Below, piece after piece: positions 8,047-16,049 of a DNA stretch of 20,000 nucleotides (position 1 is its first letter; the number at the start of each line of letters is the position of its first letter). Both the position numbers and the translations under genes were made by a program. The stretch lies in the IMG/VR virus record IMGVR_UViG_3300014969_000015; one strand, given 5' to 3'. The DNA is from an uncultured virus (IMG/VR IMGVR_UViG_3300014969_000015) (lineage: Duplodnaviria; Heunggongvirae; Uroviricota; Caudoviricetes). The notes beneath the pieces were generated by a model. The model ran no database searches and was not told where the DNA came from. It worked only from the letters and a program-made list of their open reading frames with translations.

Positions 8047-8364
8047 ATGGTACGCCCTCTAGATTTGACAGATGCGATGATCGTAGGCTTCTTTGGAGAG
8101 CATTGTGAGTGCCGCCCAGTGGACATCGATCGGATCTCGCATTCACACGACTGTGACGTACCCCTATGCGAGGAAGCTCGTATAGCCCTTGGAGGCCTAC
8201 CGATAGGATGTAGCTACCGGGGCACAATAGAAGCCCTTCAACATGCCCAGGAGGCGCGACAGCGCATCGCAGCGCACCTCAAGAGTGGCGAGGATCTTGA
8301 GGCACTCGACGCATCCGGCAGACAGCTGATCTACAACATGCAGCGCTGCCAGGGGCACTGCTGA
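8047..8364 (+). CDS. Hypothetical protein with Cys/His cluster
   Basis: TAAGGT RBS; HCECRP...HSHDCD..LC. Confidence 0.65.
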   Translation: MVRPLDLTDAMIVGFFGEHCECRPVDIDRISHSHDCDVPLCEEARIALGGLPIGCSYRGTIEALQHAQEARQRIAAHLKSGEDLEALDASGRQLIYNMQRCQGHC

Positions 8365-8430
8365 GCTACTCGCCGTCCAGAGGGTCGGCCCCCACTGCGG
8401 CCATCCACCGGAGGACTTCGCCGACGAGGA

Positions 8431-8445
8431 TACTATGGTATAGTA
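8431..8445. promoter_or_regulatory. AT-rich palindrome TACTAT-GGT-ATAGTA, candidate operator
   Basis: Perfect 6-bp inverted repeat in the intergenic gap before ORF 8520. Confidence 0.35.
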
Positions 8446-8519
8446 GGTGAAGGTAATGAAACTGCTCCAGGCAATTCGTTTCGTAGCTTCATGCAACGAA
8501 GATATGCCAGAATCGGCCC

Positions 8520-9185
8520 ATGAGCGACCCGACCAAAATCCGCGGCTTCCGAAACGTGAGCACGCCCCACCAGGCTGCCTTCATCACAGAGGGGGGCGAG
8601 GCCAAGATCAGTCAGATTAGTCCTCGACGCTGGAAAGTCTTACCGCGCGGAGGCGAAGCCTATGAGGTCAGCGGAAAACAGGAAGCGATCGAGGAAGCTC
8701 GCGGCATCGCGACGGGCCTGACGCCTTCGAATCTTCGCGAGCTACAGGAGAAGCAGCGCAGGCTGCAATCGAGCCTCCTTGCCGAGCCGCCCAAAAAGTC
8801 CCATGCGCAGATCAAGCGCGAAGTCGACGAGGTCTTGGCGAGGAAGCCTGGAAAGGATGCGATGAGGCATGACCAAGACGAACGTAACACTCGAACGCGA
8901 GATCGCTCCCATCGGGCGCCCATCGCGATCGTCGTGAGCGCAGGCTCGGCCGGAGAAGCTTTCATTCAGCACCTCGGCACTCGCGACATCGTCGCGAAAC
9001 GAGCCCCCGCGACGCATCGATATGCCGGTATTCGCGGTCCCTACGTGCTCTACCTGGTGGACGGGACGATGGACCAAGTTCAATCGGCGGCGGAGGCCCT
9101 GGGGGACGAATGCCGATTTCGCGCTACACCGACGAGTGATCCGGACGCTCCGGCTGCCGAGGTTCACTGCGGATTCCTGTGGTAG
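8520..9185 (+). CDS. Hypothetical multi-module protein
   Basis: 221-aa ORF; two globular-looking parts separated by a charged helix KKSHAQIKREVDEVLARKPGK. Confidence 0.75.
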   Translation: MSDPTKIRGFRNVSTPHQAAFITEGGEAKISQISPRRWKVLPRGGEAYEVSGKQEAIEEARGIATGLTPSNLRELQEKQRRLQSSLLAEPPKKSHAQIKREVDEVLARKPGKDAMRHDQDERNTRTRDRSHRAPIAIVVSAGSAGEAFIQHLGTRDIVAKRAPATHRYAGIRGPYVLYLVDGTMDQVQSAAEALGDECRFRATPTSDPDAPAAEVHCGFLW

Positions 9186-9290
9186 AGCCGAGCACGCGGG
9201 GCATGCCATGATTCGCATGCCCGGATCACGGATCGCGCCGAGTATGAACCGTGCGATTGCGAACCCAGCGACGCTTGTCAAGGGGCATGG

Positions 9291-9743
9291 CTAGACTTCT
9301 CCGCACGTGGGGTCGCCGCAGGTCGGACAGGTCCAAGTGCCCGCAGTCAAGTTGACTTCACAGCGATTCAACGCGCCGCACTTGTTTGTGCACATGCCGC
9401 GGATGGCACATTCGTTAGATTGCACAGGGCAGGCGCAGGAAAGGATTCGTCTGACCAGCCTGCGGGTCAGATCTCCCGTATGAAGCGGCAAAGCGCCGTC
9501 ATGAACAAGTCCAAGGGTGTCCCGTTCTGTGAGTGTCGGAACGAATCCAGTCAAAGTTACCCGCAAGCCCATGAGCTTGAGCAGCGCAGCCCGTTCTGCA
9601 GACCGGGTCTGGGCCTCCGGTCCTTCTTTACAGCGCAACGCGTCCTCCTCTTGCACTTCCAGCTCGTTACACAGTCGGATCAGATGTCCGCGCTCGTCCT
9701 CCGTGAGAAACACACCTACGGTTGAGATCGTCTTGTCATTCAT
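9291..9743 (-). CDS. Hypothetical protein with Cys-rich C-terminal Zn-ribbon-like region
   Basis: AAAGGT upstream on the minus strand; C-x5-C-x4-C...WTCPTCG. Confidence 0.65.
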   Translation of the reverse strand: MNDKTISTVGVFLTEDERGHLIRLCNELEVQEEDALRCKEGPEAQTRSAERAALLKLMGLRVTLTGFVPTLTERDTLGLVHDGALPLHTGDLTRRLVRRILSCACPVQSNECAIRGMCTNKCGALNRCEVNLTAGTWTCPTCGDPTCGEV

Positions 9744-9798
9744 GGGAGACCTTTAAATACGATCCCCTGGGGTTTTTTGGAAGAGCCTCAGTCTACCT

Positions 9799-9875
9799 GG
9801 GTGCTTAGATACCCAGTATACGATTCGCCCTACTGTGAGGCCGGAGCCCCAGCAGCCACAGGTGCAGCAATACCC
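9799..9875. promoter_or_regulatory. Paired palindromic element E3: GGGTG-cttaga-TACCC (9799-9814) and AGGTG-cagcaa-TACCC (9860-9875)
   Basis: 61-bp spacing; stem CTGTG (9833-9837) / CACAG (9857-9861); in the divergent gap upstream of the TM-RuvA_C gene. Confidence 0.7.
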
Positions 9876-9944
9876 GGCCAACGTCCAATTCGATAGTTGG
9901 AGAGCTCACGAAGTTGGCCCACAGTAAGCAAGTCCCATAAAATC

Positions 9945-10373
9945 ATGCTGAGCAACGTCCTCTTCATCCTCCTTGGCGCCGGGCTCGTCTCGGTGGGGTT
10001 CCTCGTAGCTGCCTTCGCAGAGCGGATCCGCGGCCCCCGTGAAACAGAGCCCTACAAGACGCGGCGGGGCCAGCGAACCATCCCGGTCGTGGAGGCCGTT
10101 GAGGTGTTCCATCCTACGGCAGCCCCTCCGCCTACGGCAGCCCAAGCCTCACGGACCGCCGCAGCCCCCGCCTCGCGATCTGCACGCGCCGAAACGAAAA
10201 ATGTCACCAGTTCCGAGGGTGGCGAAGATGTGATCAGCGCCCTCGCAGCGGCAGGCTACAAAAAGGCACTCGCAACAGAGGCTACATGGGCCTGCACAGT
10301 GGCAGAGCGCTCGACGATCGAAGGATGGACGGCAGCGGCTCTTCGTCGGTGTGCGCGAGGAGGGCTAGCGTGA
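9945..10373 (+). CDS. Membrane-anchored RuvA C-terminal-domain (domain III) protein
   Basis: N-terminal hydrophobic helix VLFILLGAGLVSVGFLVAAFA, Pro/Ala/Thr linker, C-terminus EDVISALAAAGYKKALATEAT...TIEGWTAAALRR aligning with RuvA domain III (EAVAALVALGYKPQEA...SSETLIREALR); no OB-fold or HhH domains. Confidence 0.75.
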   Translation: MLSNVLFILLGAGLVSVGFLVAAFAERIRGPRETEPYKTRRGQRTIPVVEAVEVFHPTAAPPPTAAQASRTAAAPASRSARAETKNVTSSEGGEDVISALAAAGYKKALATEATWACTVAERSTIEGWTAAALRRCARGGLA

Positions 10374-10705
10374 GCCCCTCGCACAAGGTAGCGGAAGTTA
10401 AACCGCTGGACGTGACTTGGTGGCGCCGTGACAGTAGCGGTGAGTTCTACACGCAACAAGATGGAGAGGCGCGACTCGTCAAGCTGCGCAACGGTCGAAA
10501 AGTGACCGGCTGGATCTTGTACATCCGCGGTGAATATCGAGGGCAGTGGTCTACGCTCGCGCAAGCTAAACACCGGGCACTGGAAATATCCAAAGGTCAA
10601 GCATCCTTCAACGCTACGCGAGCAACCTTGCGTAATTTCGAGGATGAAGCGGAACGGCTGCGGGCCACAGATAAAACACAGCTTTCAAAGAGTGCTTTAA
10701 AATGA
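10370..10705 (+). CDS. Hypothetical protein
   Basis: GGAGG RBS, GTGA overlap with the TM-RuvA_C stop; Trp-rich beta domain + TLAQAK helix. Confidence 0.7.
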   Translation: MSPSHKVAEVKPLDVTWWRRDSSGEFYTQQDGEARLVKLRNGRKVTGWILYIRGEYRGQWSTLAQAKHRALEISKGQASFNATRATLRNFEDEAERLRATDKTQLSKSALK

Positions 10706-10959
10706 CTGCCCTACACTGGTGGTGCGTTGAATGGCATGACCAGCCCAACCGTGCGATGCGGTCCGACTGGTTCTTGGCAGAGACAGTCGAGACCGCGATC
10801 ATGGAAGCTGCCAGCGTCCCACGTTATGGATGTGTGGAATTCCGAGCAAGTGGGCACCCGCCCATTTCAAATGAATCCGAAGCCGGACGAAAATTGTGGG
10901 TTCAACGCAACCACGGATCACCGACCAAAGGGACGGACCGCAGTGTCGGCCAAAGGTAA
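10702..10959 (+). CDS. Hypothetical protein
   Basis: ATGA overlap with upstream gene. Confidence 0.5.
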   Translation: MTALHWWCVEWHDQPNRAMRSDWFLAETVETAIMEAASVPRYGCVEFRASGHPPISNESEAGRKLWVQRNHGSPTKGTDRSVGQR

Positions 10960-11020
10960 CAGATCATAAGCCCTCGGTGGGACCGACGGTCGAGCCCCCG
11001 GCCGCAGCGGCCACAATACT

Positions 11021-11090
11021 GGGTAGTCCTTTACCCGTATTCGCCTAGCACCGCACCCGTGCACTCACAGACACGGGTATTTTACTACCC
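11021..11090. promoter_or_regulatory. Paired palindromic element E4: GGGTA-gtcctt-TACCC (11021-11036) and GGGTA-ttttac-TACCC (11075-11090)
   Basis: Two perfect boxes 54 bp apart; hairpin ACCCGTG (11055-11061) / CACGGGT (11072-11078); immediately upstream of ruvB. Confidence 0.8.
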
Positions 11091-11122
11091 CCTGCCCGAA
11101 AATCTAATAGTTAGCACCTAAA

Positions 11123-12184
11123 ATGCTCGGCACACACCTCGCAGCATCCCCTGACATGCCCACGCACCTCCACCTCGTCCATGAAGAGCCCCGCTCCACT
11201 CCTTGTCCTCAAGGAGCCGATCCTGCCCTCCGACCGACCTCATTCGACGACTATGTCGGACAGGCCGAGGTGATCAACAATCTCCGACAATCCGTCCGCG
11301 CAGCCAAGCGCGGTGCGTGGCAACTGGATCATATGTTGTTCGCCGGTCCCGCAGGCCTTGGCAAGACCTCGCTCGCGGCCGTCGTCGCGGCCGAGCTGGG
11401 CTCCAAGCTCCACGCCACCTCAGCCCCCGCGATCGAGCACAAGGGCGCTCTCGCGACCCTACTCACCACACTGGAAGAGGGGGACGTCCTGTTCATCGAT
11501 GAGCTTCACGCCCTCGATCGCGCGGTCGCTGAATGCCTGTACTCAGCCATGGAGGACCGCGTAATCGACCTACCTGCCGGCAAGCGCGTCATCCGAGTAC
11601 CACTGCCGAAGTTCACCCTGCTCGGAGCAACGACCCACGCGGGCAAGCTCTCCAAGCCCCTGCTCGATCGCTTCGGTTTCATCTGGCAACTCCGGCTCTA
11701 CACGCTGTCCGAGATGACCACGATCGTTACACGCTCTGCAGCCAAGCTCGGCGTCGCCATAGAGCCCCAGGGAGCAGAAGTGATCGCGCGCGCTTCGCGA
11801 GGCACCCCGCGCATCGCGAACCGCCTCCTGCGCCGGGTGCGCGACACCGCGACCAATGCAGCCGCGGATGGGGCCCTCGTTCTGGGCTGCCTCCAGGACC
11901 TGACATGCGCGGGCGGTACCATCAACGAAGCGCTTGCCACCAGCGCACTCACACTACTTGGCCTTGACCACCTAGGACTCGACCCCCTCGATCGTCGCTA
12001 TCTGGCAATCGTGGAAGAGCGGCCGGTAGGCATCGAGGCCCTCTGTGCCGAACTGGCCGAGGATCGCAGCACAATCGAAGACACAATCGAGCCGTTCCTG
12101 CTACAGGTCGGCCTCATCAAGCGCGGCAGCAAGGGCCGCCTCGCCACCGAGGCCGGACGAAAACATCTTGCGGAGGGCCTATGA
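11123..12184 (+). CDS. ruvB: Holliday junction branch migration AAA+ motor RuvB (start may be ATG 11156)
   Basis: LRPTSFDDYVGQ, Walker A GPAGLGKT, Walker B VLFIDELH, LYSAMED, sensor-1 GATT, DRFG arginine finger, sensor-2 RGTPRIANRLLRRVRD, winged-helix EDTIEPFL...GR. Confidence 0.97.
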   Translation: MLGTHLAASPDMPTHLHLVHEEPRSTPCPQGADPALRPTSFDDYVGQAEVINNLRQSVRAAKRGAWQLDHMLFAGPAGLGKTSLAAVVAAELGSKLHATSAPAIEHKGALATLLTTLEEGDVLFIDELHALDRAVAECLYSAMEDRVIDLPAGKRVIRVPLPKFTLLGATTHAGKLSKPLLDRFGFIWQLRLYTLSEMTTIVTRSAAKLGVAIEPQGAEVIARASRGTPRIANRLLRRVRDTATNAAADGALVLGCLQDLTCAGGTINEALATSALTLLGLDHLGLDPLDRRYLAIVEERPVGIEALCAELAEDRSTIEDTIEPFLLQVGLIKRGSKGRLATEAGRKHLAEGL

Positions 12185-12435
12185 GGTCCCAAAAGATCGA
12201 AGTCGTACCTGCATCGCGACCTGACAGCAAGGATGAGATCCTCGTTGAAATCTACAACGGCTTGACCGAGCGGCAACGAGCCGCGTTTTCAAACGGAGAT
12301 CTTGTCGAGTGTAACGCCTGCGACGCTAAATCTGGCACGCCAACGCTCTGTGCAAGTTGCCGCGCGAACCGCTACATCATCGGAATACTGACTCCGTCTC
12401 AACGTCGCAGACTCATCAAGGTCCTTCCCAAATGA
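12181..12435 (+). CDS. Small CxxC-x9-CxxC Zn-finger protein
   Basis: ATGA overlap with ruvB stop, GGAGG upstream; CNACDAKSGTPTLCASC. Confidence 0.65.
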   Translation: MRSQKIEVVPASRPDSKDEILVEIYNGLTERQRAAFSNGDLVECNACDAKSGTPTLCASCRANRYIIGILTPSQRRRLIKVLPK

Positions 12436-13126
12436 CCACTGAAGATCTTCACAACCGTGCGCTCCCCAAATGGCCCCAGATGATCGTTACGGGGCACCGC
12501 ATCCCCGAAGATCTCGCACTGGAGGTAATCCGGCGCACCGATTCGTGGTTCGTGCAGGGGCACGGATGTAACGATCGTGCGGGTGACCGCAGTCTCGCCC
12601 GGCGCTTCCGCATGCCCCATTTTATCGATTATTCCACGCCCTTACCCTACGATGCAGGAGACTGGAACCGCGAAGTGCGTTGGAAAGAAGCCTGGGGAGC
12701 GATCGAGACCAGCTACGTTAAAAACTACTGGATCGGGTCAGCTTTCATTTATGGCCCCCACGGCTGGTGCCACCCCGACGGTCAGATCGCTTACATCGAC
12801 AATGTCGGCAAATGGCCAACTGTCGAAGAGATCCAGGCAGACTGGCAACTACTAGCGACTGCTTTTCCGTTCCTAGACTTGACGGCTACGCTGATGAGTG
12901 GCGAGGACTGTGTAGACAACACACGTCCCGTCGTTGCAATGCACGTGAAGGCCAAGTGCATCTCATAGAGCCCGACGGCAGTGTCAATATGCCGCGACGC
13001 CACGAGGACACCTTCAGGGCAGTCTCCCAAAACCCCGCTCAGCGTGAGCGGTATCCGTTCAGTGAAGATGTCCTACTCGCGTGGGAGAAGAAGGCCGTTG
13101 AAATTGACGCCTGGATCAATGGCTAA
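12432..13126 (+). pseudogene. Hypothetical Trp-rich phage-type protein with apparent frameshift near 12945-12952
   Basis: ORF 12432-12968 ends ...VAMHVKAKCIS*, while the -1 frame continues GQVHLIEPDGSV...WEKKAVEIDAWING* to 13126. Confidence 0.6.
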
Positions 13127-13157
13127 AACCACGCGCGCCGCGCAAAAGGGCCGTGGC

Positions 13158-13673
13158 TCACTTCTTCTTGGACTTGGATCTTCCACTCTTCTTCGAGCGT
13201 GCGCTTTTCTTGGAGGCCTTACCCTTGCGGGTCTTCCCAGCAGTCGAGCCCTTCCCGGCAGTGCGAGCGGCGGCGGGTTCAGCAGCGCGCTTGCCCGCGA
13301 AGTAGGCCGTAGAGCGCTTCTGGCCCTTGACAGAGATGTCCCCGCTGGCAAGAAGCTTGCGAATTGGAAGTGCCAGCGCTGACGTCGAAGTGCCCAGTTG
13401 CTTGTTGATCTGCTCGATCCGCAGACCTGGGTTTTCCTGGACAAATTGGACAAAGCGCTTGGACAACTGCTCCAGCTCATCAGCCCCTCGTTTGGCTCCC
13501 CGTGAAAGGGCAGCACTGACTACGGGCGCCGCAGCGCGTTTCGTGCTGTCTCCGTTTCCCAGGGAGGAAAAGGTCTCCTGGAAGACGCGCGCTGTATGCT
13601 GCTCGGTTAGCTGTTGAAGGGCGGCGACGAAATCACTCGTCGCCTGGAAGATTTGCTCTTTTAGATTTTCCAT
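13158..13673 (-). CDS. Nucleoid-associated-type DNA-binding protein (helical N-terminus, winged HTH, Lys/Ser/Ala-rich tail)
   Basis: FVQENPGLRIEQINKQLGTSTSALALPIRKLLASGDISVKGQKRSTAYF has wHTH pattern; histone-H1-like tail GKASKKSARSKKSGRSKSKKK. Confidence 0.85.
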   Translation of the reverse strand: MENLKEQIFQATSDFVAALQQLTEQHTARVFQETFSSLGNGDSTKRAAAPVVSAALSRGAKRGADELEQLSKRFVQFVQENPGLRIEQINKQLGTSTSALALPIRKLLASGDISVKGQKRSTAYFAGKRAAEPAAARTAGKGSTAGKTRKGKASKKSARSKKSGRSKSKKK

Positions 13674-13799
13674 GGACTGTTGTTTTACCGGTGTTCAAAA
13701 TGAAGGGGTAGACGGCCACTAAGTTCACATCTTCTGCACGTTTTAAAAAGCTGTTTCTGCGCTCCTGTTTGTATGCTTACACCTCACATGAGGCGTTTT

Positions 13800-13961
13800 T
13801 CAGCTTGTCAATTTGCCAAGAGCCGGCGCGGCAGCCGAGTTACACCGCGCGCGGATCCAGGCACTGAGGCTCACCCCTGCGAGACGGGCAGCCTTTCGCC
13901 AAGCCGCGCGCTCCTTACGGAGCAGCCGAATATTCAGCGAGATTTCGCGTTTCGCAGCCAT
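13800..13961 (-). CDS. Ribbon-helix-helix DNA-binding protein (DUF1778/MobC-like pattern)
   Basis: ISLNIRLLRKERAAWRKAARLAGVSLSAWIRARC is a typical beta-strand-helix-GxSLS-helix RHH. Confidence 0.7.
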   Translation of the reverse strand: MAAKREISLNIRLLRKERAAWRKAARLAGVSLSAWIRARCNSAAAPALGKLTS

Positions 13962-14022
13962 TTCAGCTCGACGTATACACAGCATCTGTACAAAGCGCAA
14001 GTGGGGTGATATCTTGGCTGCG

Positions 14023-14505
14023 ATGAAACGCCTCAACATCCCGGACGCGCAAGGCTACCGGTGCCCCCTACATGGCTTGTTCTTCGCGCGCGTTCCACGG
14101 CCGATTCCAGACGAGGTGGAGTGCGAGGTGATCGCGGAGTGTCACCGACGAGCGCGTCCTACGTGCTTTGAGCTGTTCGAGATACAGGTTGACAACGCCT
14201 CAGACGACCTCGTGGAACCCGCCACGGAGGCTCTTGTAGAGTATCCTGCGCTCCCCGCACGCAGGACTATGGCCACGGAGGCTGCTCTCCGCGTCCGCAG
14301 GACGGCCCCCTTCAAAACGAAGGACGAAGCGTCGACCGACACCTGCAGCCCAAGTAAATCATGCCCACTCGTGATAGCCGTCCGCAAAATGATCAAGGCC
14401 CACGACAATTGTCGATATCTTTGGGGACCTACATCAGAGCTGCATGAAGCCCTTGAAGCACTGCGGATGCTGGTAGAACCTCCAGCGGTGGCAGGTCCAC
14501 AGTGA
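14023..14505 (+). CDS. Hypothetical protein with CPxH...C Zn motif
   Basis: MKRLNIPDAQGYRCPLHGLFF...; GTGA overlap downstream. Confidence 0.6.
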   Translation: MKRLNIPDAQGYRCPLHGLFFARVPRPIPDEVECEVIAECHRRARPTCFELFEIQVDNASDDLVEPATEALVEYPALPARRTMATEAALRVRRTAPFKTKDEASTDTCSPSKSCPLVIAVRKMIKAHDNCRYLWGPTSELHEALEALRMLVEPPAVAGPQ

Positions 14506-14804
14506 TCCCCACCTGTCGAAGGCCCACAGCACGTCTTACGGCTACGGATCCCCCAAGCCTGACTATTGCGGAACAGCCACTCCGGGTGTTCATCTGCGCG
14601 ATCGTCGACGATCTCTTCGTGATCTGCGCCAAGAACAGCGGTGTCGCCTGGGGCGTGGTGATGGACCGCTACCAAGTTCAACATCCAAGCGCCTTACCAA
14701 CGCCACGGCACCTCTACGCTGTCCCGATGACACGGGAAGCCCAGCCTGAGGATCCAACCACCACGCGCCAGCACATGGCACAAGCAACCAAGGGTAAACT
14801 GTGA
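14502..14804 (+). CDS. Hypothetical protein
   Basis: GTGA overlaps on both ends. Confidence 0.5.
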   Translation: MIPTCRRPTARLTATDPPSLTIAEQPLRVFICAIVDDLFVICAKNSGVAWGVVMDRYQVQHPSALPTPRHLYAVPMTREAQPEDPTTTRQHMAQATKGKL

Positions 14805-14983
14805 CATTCATCCTCCACCCAAAGCCTATCAACACAAAACTCCACGCCCAACTGACATGGCACGCGATCATTGCAGAGTACTACGCCAGCATTGACTGTG
14901 CCGATCGAGCCTCCCAACGATGGCACGCAATCGTGACGCTGTGCAAGGTCAATGGAGGCGTGCAGCGAGGAGCACCGTCATAA
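14801..14983 (+). CDS. Small hypothetical protein
   Basis: GTGA overlap, AAGGG upstream. Confidence 0.4.
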   Translation: MTFILHPKPINTKLHAQLTWHAIIAEYYASIDCADRASQRWHAIVTLCKVNGGVQRGAPS

Positions 14984-15060
14984 GAAGCAACGGGCAGCCA
15001 AAGCACAGTCTTGCGGAGCGTTTAGTAGCCGTAGAAAGTTCCAATAATGAACAGTCCCAA

Positions 15061-15564
15061 ATGAAGGCCCTTACGCTTACACAGCCCTGGTGTGGTCTGG
15101 TGGCCGCCGGTACGAAGCTCGTTGAAAACCGCTCGCGCTACATCATCAAGCGCTCGGACTTTGGCAAGCCTTTCGCGCTACATGCAAGCCGTGAGATCAA
15201 TGAGACAGTGTACGAGCGCATCTCCAAGATCGCCCCAGAGTTGCCAGGTAGTACACCTGCCGAGTGGGGTTGTCGCTGGCACGCACTCTCACGAATTACC
15301 AGTGCCGTGATTGCCATAGCGACAATCGACCGTTTGCTCGATCCACGGGCATGCGGAATCCTACCCGACACTGATGAAGCACGCGCGGCGCTGCCTCTTG
15401 ACCAACGGCGCTGGTTCTTTGGCCCCATCGGCTACGTGCTGCGCGACGTTCAGGCCCTCGCGACACCGGTACCGTGCCGGGGCTGGCAAGGCTTCTGGAC
15501 CTTGCCCCACAACGTAGAGCGTGCCGTGGTCGAACAGCTCGCGGCACCTCCACCCCCGCACTAA
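15061..15564 (+). CDS. ASCH domain protein
   Basis: MKALTLTQPWCGLVAAGTKLVENRS...GKPFALHAS and C-terminal PVPCRGWQGFW match the ASCH GxKxxExR signature. Confidence 0.88.
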   Translation: MKALTLTQPWCGLVAAGTKLVENRSRYIIKRSDFGKPFALHASREINETVYERISKIAPELPGSTPAEWGCRWHALSRITSAVIAIATIDRLLDPRACGILPDTDEARAALPLDQRRWFFGPIGYVLRDVQALATPVPCRGWQGFWTLPHNVERAVVEQLAAPPPPH

Positions 15565-15586
15565 CAGCCCTACCCGGAGATAGATC

Positions 15587-16003
15587 GTGAGCATGCAGAT
15601 CGACCTCGATGCACTCGAGCGCAAGGCACGGGCGGCACGGCCTGGTCCCTGGCAGTGGTACGGAAACACCAAGATGCACTCGGTCTACCTGGCCACTGTG
15701 CATGGGGGTCGGGTGTTCGTACTGGATTTCGAGCGATGGGGTATGCGCGGAGCGCAGCCACGCTTTCAAATGGACCGGCGCATGGTGGAGCTTGGAGAGC
15801 TAGCCAAGCAAGAGCACCCGTTCGGTCCCAAATTCGAGGTACCCTACCGCAGGGACTTTCACGGCATCGGCCATCCCGATGCAGAGCACATCGCTGCAAA
15901 CTCCCCCGAAATAACGCTGGGGTTAATCGCAAGAATTCGCGAGCTGGAAAAAGAATTGCAAGACGTTTCCAATAAAGAGCAATGCAGAAGCATGGCTCTG
16001 TGA
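15587..16003 (+). CDS. Ead/Ea22-like phage protein
   Basis: IDLDALERKARAARPGPWQW...DAEHIAANSPEITLGLIARIRELE pattern; GGAG RBS. Confidence 0.75.
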   Translation: MSMQIDLDALERKARAARPGPWQWYGNTKMHSVYLATVHGGRVFVLDFERWGMRGAQPRFQMDRRMVELGELAKQEHPFGPKFEVPYRRDFHGIGHPDAEHIAANSPEITLGLIARIRELEKELQDVSNKEQCRSMAL

Positions 16004-16049
16004 GGACACCCCATGTCGCTACGGTGCTCAAGAGTGGAGCACGGATCCC

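Noticed and set aside
3247..9768. Shared 9-mer CGATCCCCT upstream of two minus-strand genes (3247, 9760)
   Set aside because: Two short copies only; cannot be separated from chance
9945..10373. Calling this gene ruvA
   Set aside because: Lacks the OB-fold and helix-hairpin-helix domains; only domain III similarity. RuvA_C/UBA-like helical bundles also occur in other proteins
10898..10913. GGGTT-caacgc-AACCA as another box
   Set aside because: Inside a likely CDS and deviates from the consensus at three positions
125..11090. Paired elements as integron attC or dif sites
   Set aside because: No consistent RYYYAAC...GTTRRRY ends, no XerC/D arms, elements head operons rather than follow single genes, and no recombinase is in the window
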